64,000 bases of DNA from Candidatus Borrarchaeum weybense (GTDB lineage Archaea > Asgardarchaeota > Sifarchaeia > Borrarchaeales > Borrarchaeaceae), in the NCBI GenBank assembly GCA_019057385.1, contig JAHQJS010000004.1, forward strand, positions 676,962 to 740,961, given 5' to 3'. The notes under the pieces were generated by a model. It was not told where the DNA came from. It ran no database searches and worked only from the letters and a program-made list of their open reading frames with translations. Numbering within the stretch: position 1 is the stretch's first letter; the number at the start of each line of letters is the position of its first letter. This document shows positions 57,205 through 64,000 of this stretch, piece after piece. Made by a program: the position numbers and the translations under genes.

Positions 57205-58660
57205 CCATTACTCTTTGGCACAACCAACGTATCATAGCAATGTTTCGCTTTGTTTGATTTTCTACAATTTTTTTGATACTACAGCCAATACTTTGTAAAA
57301 CATTTTCCAAGTTGTTTATTGCCTTTAAATAAATTTTTGAAAGGTTTAGGAAACATTCAATGTAATTAAACTCTTGATTCTCTATTTGATCATCAATAAT
57401 TTGTTCAGTCTTTGAAACAGTCTCATGCGTAAGTTGTTGTTCATAGAAAGGAATAGGCTCTTTTGGTTTGACCAACCCAAATTTTGCAGATACAATGAGC
57501 AGGTCAACATGAGTTGGCCAAGAGTTTTCTAAAAGAAGATGTTTTAAGAAAAGAAATGTCTTTCCAAGATATCTTAGAAGCGCTGGGGAATTTATTTGAG
57601 AACTTTTCGTTGCTGAGCATGAAACGATTAGTAATGCTCTTGTTTTTCTAGTTTTAGGATTCAATAATAGTTTATTTAGGAGACCTTTTTCTGTCATTAT
57701 TTTGTTTTGTTTTTCACCAACAGTCCTGAGAAATTGGCGCGGTGTGTAAATAAATTTACCTAAGAGATCTTCAAACTTGACTTTATTTTTGACTTTTTTA
57801 CAATCAGCAGTGATCGATTGAAATCTTAAATAGCGTATAAAATCATTAACAAATTGATACGCTATCTCTTTCAGACTTAAAAACATCTCATTTTCTGTTT
57901 TTGTGCCTAGAAAAAACTGAGTTCTGTTTTGGTAAAGACGAGATGGGATCTCAACTATTTCTGGGTTTTGATTTTTTGGATCATCAAGGAAAATCTTCGA
58001 AGGAAATGTTTTGCTAGAATCCCATTGAATATCTTTTATATGCCTAAGTTCTCCGTTAGAAAGAAAAACGTTTGAACGATTTGTTTGAAGCGAAGCCTTG
58101 ATATTCTCAATATTTCCATTACAATGATTTAAGCGCCATGATATATAGTCAGAAAGTCTTCGTAGTGGTAATACTGTGAAATAAAACCTTATAAGATTCT
58201 GTGAAGAAATAATTTCAAATCTAAAGCAATAGTAAATTGCTATTCCCGAACGTCTAATCTGAAAACTCCGAAAAGGAATGTATCCGAAAAAATAATTATC
58301 TACTTCTAATTCACCAAGAAAATCTTCAATTAACTCCAATAATGTTTCTTTAGTCGTACCTGGTGAAATTCTGACTTCATAAATTACCTCTTCTTGTGTT
58401 ACACCAAGGTTTTTTTGCCTAGGCGAACTAAACAGCCTTAGAAACTGATTTTGAGGCAAAGATTCATTCAAAAAGTGATCATGTAAAGGTTCACCTTCTA
58501 AATCAGTGATTTGAAACGATGCATCAACAAAGATAGGATCTATACGAATGTCAGTTCCATGAATTTCACAAAATTCTCCTAATGAACTCTTCACTAAAGT
58601 TCTGCCACAGAAACAAACAGGTTTCTTTCGAACAGGTTTTAAATCTTTTAGCTTTAACAT
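57197..58660 (-). CDS. Hypothetical protein with N-terminal Zn knuckle and C-terminal DUF6884/YaaA-like domain
   Basis: CFCG...CEIHG; LLIVSCSATK...PALLRY.G...LLIVSAKFGL......PFYE. Confidence 0.7.
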   Translation of the reverse strand: MLKLKDLKPVRKKPVCFCGRTLVKSSLGEFCEIHGTDIRIDPIFVDASFQITDLEGEPLHDHFLNESLPQNQFLRLFSSPRQKNLGVTQEEVIYEVRISPGTTKETLLELIEDFLGELEVDNYFFGYIPFRSFQIRRSGIAIYYCFRFEIISSQNLIRFYFTVLPLRRLSDYISWRLNHCNGNIENIKASLQTNRSNVFLSNGELRHIKDIQWDSSKTFPSKIFLDDPKNQNPEIVEIPSRLYQNRTQFFLGTKTENEMFLSLKEIAYQFVNDFIRYLRFQSITADCKKVKNKVKFEDLLGKFIYTPRQFLRTVGEKQNKIMTEKGLLNKLLLNPKTRKTRALLIVSCSATKSSQINSPALLRYLGKTFLFLKHLLLENSWPTHVDLLIVSAKFGLVKPKEPIPFYEQQLTHETVSKTEQIIDDQIENQEFNYIECFLNLSKIYLKAINNLENVLQSIGCSIKKIVENQTKRNIAMIRWLCQRVMDD

Positions 58661-58674
58661 TGCAGCCCCTCCCC

Positions 58675-59961
58675 TTACTCCCTTTCAATTAGTTGATAGT
58701 TTCTCGATTCTCCCTCAACTTCCTGAATTCCAAAGAGCAGCTCTGACATTATCCTTAATACTGACAATGCCTTAGCAGGATTAAAATTACTTATTCCTGA
58801 GCCCCTAAAAAAGCCCACAAGATCCATAAACCCGACTTTTCCTTCAGGGGCTCTTTTTACAAATGTGAGGGTTTCGGAAAAAATAGGATTGTCCTTTATA
58901 TGTTCTTTAAATTCACTTTGAAATTCATCCTCTGCTGATAAGGAGACCAGTTTTTCCCCTTCTGGAGTTAACCAGATCTTTTTCTCTCCTTTGATAGCCA
59001 AGTCAAATTTAACGAGCATGCCTAATATTCCGCCAATGGTGGAATTCGCGAATTCAAGTTTTTCTTGAAGTTCTTTAGGTCGGTGAAGGGTTTTCAGTCC
59101 TATTAACACATCCCTAAGATGAGAAACATACACTGGAATGAAACCAGAAACACTATCTTCAAGTTTCTTCCTTCTTGACCTCGAAAACGGTGAAGAATAC
59201 CGTTCTTCAACAAGTGAGATGCCCTCTTCTGTTTGTTTAAGTATTTCAAGCTCGGTAAACATTTTTAAAAGAAATCTGGACCAGTTCGGGATATTTTCCT
59301 CTGCAGCATTGGAGAATATCTCTAAGAAACTATCCCAAGATTTGTCATGTGGCACCAGAAACATATTCTCTAGCCATTCGTAGTTTGCATCATTAAGATG
59401 AGATTTATTTAGAAACAAATATCTTAATGCTGCGCCTTCGGCAGTTAGAGACACAGTTCGACTACGTTTTTTGGTAGCAATTTTAATAATTTCATAATCA
59501 GCAAGTCTTTCTATAAGCTCGATCCCTTCTACAAGAGAAGTTCCTTCCAATAATTTGTTTTCTGATTTGGTGATTTTATTTCCTTTGAATTGCATAAAAA
59601 ACCTTTCAATTGAAAGTTTCTCAAAATCCTCACCTAGTGATTCAATTGGCTCTTGAATACCTTCTTCAACTGACTTTTTCAATTCTAAGAGATCATGAGC
59701 AATGGTCATCATTTTTTGTTCGATTTCTTTTAAAAAAATACTAATGCCTTTCCAGTCGGTATGAATTTCATTATTAGTTTTAATGAGCTGCTTGATTTGA
59801 AGTCCAGCAATTATGTTTTCATAATCAGAAAAACCCTGCTTGGCAAGAAATCTAATAACCTGCGATTTTTTTAATGGTGCTTCAAATATTTTTTGAAGTA
59901 GAAGGGCCTCCCCTGGTGCCAAATACCCCGATAATACCAAATAAGTTGATAACGCTTCCAT
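58675..59961 (-). CDS. Multi-winged-helix domain protein
   Basis: Repeated wing motifs (SLTAEG, LVKFDL...IWLTPEG.KL). Confidence 0.6.
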   Translation of the reverse strand: MEALSTYLVLSGYLAPGEALLLQKIFEAPLKKSQVIRFLAKQGFSDYENIIAGLQIKQLIKTNNEIHTDWKGISIFLKEIEQKMMTIAHDLLELKKSVEEGIQEPIESLGEDFEKLSIERFFMQFKGNKITKSENKLLEGTSLVEGIELIERLADYEIIKIATKKRSRTVSLTAEGAALRYLFLNKSHLNDANYEWLENMFLVPHDKSWDSFLEIFSNAAEENIPNWSRFLLKMFTELEILKQTEEGISLVEERYSSPFSRSRRKKLEDSVSGFIPVYVSHLRDVLIGLKTLHRPKELQEKLEFANSTIGGILGMLVKFDLAIKGEKKIWLTPEGEKLVSLSAEDEFQSEFKEHIKDNPIFSETLTFVKRAPEGKVGFMDLVGFFRGSGISNFNPAKALSVLRIMSELLFGIQEVEGESRNYQLIERE

Positions 59962-59964
59962 TTT

Positions 59965-60858
59965 TCATTCCTTTTTCTTATTGTTTTCCTTTTTTTCTCG
60001 AATATATAGTTCCTTGAGTTGAATTAGAGAGTGAATATTATGAATAATCAATAAGTATTGCGCTTCTTCATCCCCTCGCTGAAAATCTTGCAGTGAATTC
60101 TCTTGACATGCCGGACAAGAGCAACTTTTAAGTTGATCCTCAGTTATGTTCCCTATAACTTCATATCGTCCTTCCAAAGTGTATAATCCCCGCACTGAAG
60201 ATAGAATATAGCCAAAACCATCTACAGAATCTGCACCTGTTTCTATCACTAATTTTAACAATCTAGGATGTAAGAATCTACCGAAGACGTGGAGAAAAAA
60301 ACCTTTGGTGATATTACGTGCAGTCTTAATGATGTCTAGCGCCATAGTGAGATCGGATTGAAAGGGGCTTGCTAACCCTCCAATAGCAAATTTCTGTATT
60401 CCAAGTTCACGATACTTTTCAAACATTTCTTTGATAACATCCAAAGAATAACCTTGAAGTGGTCCTATAACCTCACTTTTCTTTGGTCGATAGTCTAACA
60501 ATATTTCAGTGTTCTTGATAGTCTCTTCGACCTTTTGCTTTATGATTTTATCTGTATCTTCTGGGAAAATTATTTGATCTAATGGTACGATGAGATCGGC
60601 TGCAAGAATTGCATGTAATTCGGCGACTTCATACGGATCTAAACTAAAGTTCATAGTCTCTGCGGCAAAAGCCCCCGAATCCATAAAAGTTTCACATTGA
60701 AGTTTTTCATTCAAATAAAAATCTTCTTGTAGAAGAGTAGACTCAAAAAAGCCTACAATGGAAAATAAAACACCTTCATTGAACTGCCAAGGGGCGAATG
60801 GTAAGTCCTGCCATTCAGAAAATGATGGAAAAAGATGTTTAAAATATAGACGAAACAA
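59965..60858 (-). CDS. tRNA-guanine transglycosylase-like (TGT/DpdA family) protein
   Basis: FMDSGAF, PLD, PLQG, FAIGGL, LHVFG, GADSVD, Zn site CSCPAC...HN. Confidence 0.85.
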   Translation of the reverse strand: MFRLYFKHLFPSFSEWQDLPFAPWQFNEGVLFSIVGFFESTLLQEDFYLNEKLQCETFMDSGAFAAETMNFSLDPYEVAELHAILAADLIVPLDQIIFPEDTDKIIKQKVEETIKNTEILLDYRPKKSEVIGPLQGYSLDVIKEMFEKYRELGIQKFAIGGLASPFQSDLTMALDIIKTARNITKGFFLHVFGRFLHPRLLKLVIETGADSVDGFGYILSSVRGLYTLEGRYEVIGNITEDQLKSCSCPACQENSLQDFQRGDEEAQYLLIIHNIHSLIQLKELYIREKKENNKKKE

Positions 60859-61054
60859 CTCGTCTCCCGCCTCTTGTATTATGTCGCCGTGTATTCCTAA
60901 AAAAATATCGTCGTTCTAATTAATATTATGAGAGAGACAATGATGAAAGTGAAAGATTGTTCATTTACTAATACAATCTCACCAGAACTAGTTTCAGTTC
61001 AAAACAAAAGCTATAAAAACGCTTTTGAAAATACGGATCGATAGGTTTTAGAAA

Positions 61055-62608
61055 ATGCAGTCTACGGGCTTAGTGTGGTTTAATCGGTCAGTAACTCGAC
61101 TTCGGACTTTGATAGAGAGAAAATATAACTATTTAATGATTATTATACTTATATTGGGATTTTTACTGAGAATTGGATTTATTTCTAGAGCAATAGGAAG
61201 AGATGAAGCTGCCTTTCTGTATTATGGTTGGATGATAGTCAAAGGAAAAGTTCTGTATCGTGATCTGTTTAATCAAAAGGCACCTGGAGTCTATTTCATT
61301 GTTGCGTTGATTTTCCTTTTTGTTGGAAAACAAATATTACTCGTACGTATAGTATCTATGTTTTTAAGCACTATTACAGCCTTAGTTATATTTAAAATCG
61401 GTTATAAGATAAGTAATCCCTTAACAGGTATAATCGCTTCTTTATTTTTTATATTAGAGCCAGTCACTCTACGACGTAGCACGATGGTTTTTTCGGAAAC
61501 ATTTATGGTTTTTTTTATGGCTTTAGCGGTCTATTTTTACATCTTGGCTCATAAGGGAAACAATTCTTGGCATTATCTTCTTATGGGTATTTTAATAGGA
61601 CTTTCTACAATTATGAGACAGACTGGGATTATATTGGTTCTTGTTATCATTTTTCACCGTCTTTACATTAGATACCCGCTGAAAAATCTACTTCATTCAA
61701 TGGGAATACTAATTGCAGGATTTTTAATGTGCATAATACCGATTGTGGTTTATTTTGTAGCAGTGAATGCTTTAAATGATGCTATCTATTCTATATTTTT
61801 CTTTAATCTATCACCTTCATATGGATTTACTCTGCTTAGACGAGTAGATAATCTTCTTGACGTCTTCCTAAAAGATCCTATTCTTTGGTGTATTGGTTTA
61901 GGAGGGCTGCTTCTAACAGTTGAAAAAAGAAAAGAATGGCAAGTGTTTCTAGCGGGATGGTTTATCGCGTCATTTATTTTGGTCATCTCTCTAAGTACCC
62001 CATATGGTCATTATTACATCCAAATAATGCCTGCATTTTCACTATTAGGTGGAATTCTTGTTGAAAGATTAATTGTCTTAAGTGGGGAGTTGGTAGACAG
62101 CGCATCTCAAAGTCTATTGTATCCAAATATCATAAACTGGCTTTTGGTGGTATTATTACTCATTGGAATAGGGACAATTGGATTAGAATTATACTTTGAT
62201 ATGAAAACAAGTCATGGACTACCATATCAAATTGAAGCAGCGGAGTATGTTAAAACTCATACTGCTCCAGATGAAATAATATTCTCACCTGATTCTGCTT
62301 ATTATCTTCTCACTGATCGACAAAACAAATATCGGATTGAACATTTAGCTGCAGGCCATATAGAAGCATTTGGTATTAGTGATCTACCACATTATTTAGA
62401 GGGCGAGCAAATCAGGTATATTATAATTGACTATAACATCGAAATTTGGAATTTTAACGAGGAACATTATCGTACAACTTTTAATGATGAAACTAGAGCT
62501 GAAGAAGTCAAGATTGTATATGAATGGATTATTGCTAATTACGAAATCGAGGCGACCTTTGGATCCGGCACTGATATGGTAAAAATTTATCGTTCCTCAT
62601 TTTGGTAA
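61055..62608 (+). CDS. GT-C membrane glycosyltransferase (ArnT/PMT-like)
   Basis: DE..F.Y.G......LYRD.F..K.PG, many TM helices, RQ, HYYI. Confidence 0.85.
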   Translation: MQSTGLVWFNRSVTRLRTLIERKYNYLMIIILILGFLLRIGFISRAIGRDEAAFLYYGWMIVKGKVLYRDLFNQKAPGVYFIVALIFLFVGKQILLVRIVSMFLSTITALVIFKIGYKISNPLTGIIASLFFILEPVTLRRSTMVFSETFMVFFMALAVYFYILAHKGNNSWHYLLMGILIGLSTIMRQTGIILVLVIIFHRLYIRYPLKNLLHSMGILIAGFLMCIIPIVVYFVAVNALNDAIYSIFFFNLSPSYGFTLLRRVDNLLDVFLKDPILWCIGLGGLLLTVEKRKEWQVFLAGWFIASFILVISLSTPYGHYYIQIMPAFSLLGGILVERLIVLSGELVDSASQSLLYPNIINWLLVVLLLIGIGTIGLELYFDMKTSHGLPYQIEAAEYVKTHTAPDEIIFSPDSAYYLLTDRQNKYRIEHLAAGHIEAFGISDLPHYLEGEQIRYIIIDYNIEIWNFNEEHYRTTFNDETRAEEVKIVYEWIIANYEIEATFGSGTDMVKIYRSSFW

Positions 62609-62711
62609 ATTCAACTCTCTAACACTTCTCTTCTAATCCCTAGATTTTAACAGAATTTGGATCTTTAGTTAAAAAAATAGAGTGGATGCGATGTTCATCT
62701 ATTAGAAGGGT

Positions 62712-63824
62712 TTAATACTGTTTTTCTCCTGACCGCAGTCCTACAAAAAATATTAAGCCAAACCAAAAGCTGGCGAATAATAAACCGATTGTCAGGAGTG
62801 CAGGATCTGCTTGACCAATCCCTAGAAACGTCCTAATATCAGCGCTACCTGGGTTAAGTCCTGCTATATAATCTGCTGCATAAAGAACTATCATTCCTAG
62901 AATGCCCATAATATAGTAGCGGTCTCTAGTAGCGTTGGTACGAAGTCCCTTGAAGAAACGAATGAGCCAGGTAAGAATTGCTAATCCTAACGCGAAGAAG
63001 TGGAGAACTCTTTCATAAAGCCATTGACCTGCTCCCATCACAGCAGGATCCAAACCTCCACCTAAGAACCAAAGGGCTCCAAACATTAGCATTATCAGGA
63101 TCTCTAAGAGTGATATGGCTCTATCGGGAATTTCACCTACGTAGTGCGGATCAACTTGTCTTGCACCTTCATAAATCAGAGTAATGAAAGCGCCAATGGC
63201 TGCCGCATCTGCTACACATAAAACACCGATATGAATTGGATTAAGTGCACGAGTCCAGATATTCCAGATTGCTGGAGCAATGGTTGAAAAATATGCAACG
63301 TAAAAATCATAGGCCTGCAGGATAGGAATGATCATTAAGATTACGAAAAGTAATAAAGTAAAGATCCAAAACCGGCCTCTTTTTTCGCCATAATCATCAC
63401 TTCTAGGATACATAATTCGTCCTGCAACAAGAAATGCAACAACAATGACGATAAGTGGGGTAAAAAGCGGCATGAAGAAGAAAATAAATGCAATTGTAAT
63501 ATTGACGATATAAAAAAGCCGTACACCCTTTGGAACGTGTTCAACAGCCCTTCCCATACCTGAAAATCCACTAGCAATTGAATCCTTGTAAATATAAATA
63601 AGTAGAATCCATCCTAGAATGAAAGTAATTAAACTTGTAATTAAGAAAAGAACATCCAACGACCCTCCACCAAAGGCAGTGAATTGAATACCCTGAACCG
63701 CCTCGCCGTTCATAACAGAAGGCAGAAGGAAAAATAATATTGGAAAATAGATGATCACGCCTATAAACAGTATTACTACAAGGAGTTTTTCCCAAGCTAC
63801 TTCCCCATAAGACAAATTTGTCAT
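62712..63824 (-). CDS. Polytopic membrane protein of unknown function
   Basis: About ten hydrophobic segments; GGAG SD. Confidence 0.75.
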   Translation of the reverse strand: MTNLSYGEVAWEKLLVVILFIGVIIYFPILFFLLPSVMNGEAVQGIQFTAFGGGSLDVLFLITSLITFILGWILLIYIYKDSIASGFSGMGRAVEHVPKGVRLFYIVNITIAFIFFFMPLFTPLIVIVVAFLVAGRIMYPRSDDYGEKRGRFWIFTLLLFVILMIIPILQAYDFYVAYFSTIAPAIWNIWTRALNPIHIGVLCVADAAAIGAFITLIYEGARQVDPHYVGEIPDRAISLLEILIMLMFGALWFLGGGLDPAVMGAGQWLYERVLHFFALGLAILTWLIRFFKGLRTNATRDRYYIMGILGMIVLYAADYIAGLNPGSADIRTFLGIGQADPALLTIGLLFASFWFGLIFFVGLRSGEKQY

Positions 63825-64000
63825 CTCCGTATTAAGCAGTTAATTTTTTTCATTGCTAATTTTAACTCGCAAGGCTGATAAAAAAAAGTTTTGGAAAAAA
63901 AGTTTACAACACAAAGAAATTTTCTACTAGGTGACGTGGAAATTGAGAGTATTCGGTCATATCTTCATGGAAAACCACGATCAGCGCCTATTTTAGTTTT

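Noticed and set aside
1-64000. tRNA or rRNA genes
   Set aside because: No cloverleaf with T-loop/D-loop consensus or rRNA-like GC-rich tract was recognised by eye; a tRNAscan/Infernal run would be needed to exclude them.

Overview
AT-rich archaeal chromosomal segment, most likely from an Asgard-type archaeon (inference from a eukaryote-like ubiquitin operon, an SDS22-type LRR protein, split archaeal glutamate synthase genes, TrmB and a CDP-alcohol phosphatidyltransferase). The housekeeping backbone includes two paralogous three-gene glutamate synthase operons (one led by an HdrB-HdrC fusion, the other with an FAD/NAD(P)H oxidoreductase and ferredoxin next to glnA), an aroD-E-K-A-C-chorismate mutase operon, pheA and pyrF. 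Standout regions: (1) 17.4-24.9 kb, a complete ubiquitin-like conjugation locus (Ubl, UBA3-like E1, E2, JAMM protease, polytopic membrane RING protein) plus a HerA/FtsK-type ATPase carrying a second copy of the same Ubl with a free C-terminal Gly, i.e. a potentially conjugatable motor ATPase; (2) 12.26-12.67 kb, a non-coding array of ten 16-bp palindromes at roughly 3- and 5-helical-turn spacing, bounded by inverted repeats and directly upstream of a radical SAM/unknown/F420-reductase-like/wHTH gene run; (3) 27.0-29.4 kb, an alpha/beta-hydrolase pseudogene hit 37 bp apart by an IscB-omegaRNA element and an ORF-less omegaRNA element, with reconstructable guides and TAMs; (4) a pheA gene whose SD-preceded ATG is out of frame, with a prfB-like CTT-TTC-TGA site that could be a Phe-sensing +1 frameshift; (5) a TGT-like/wHTH/DUF6884-like four-gene operon at 56.6-60.9 kb. 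No rRNA, tRNA or CRISPR array was recognised. All family assignments come from motif recognition by eye; no database search was run.
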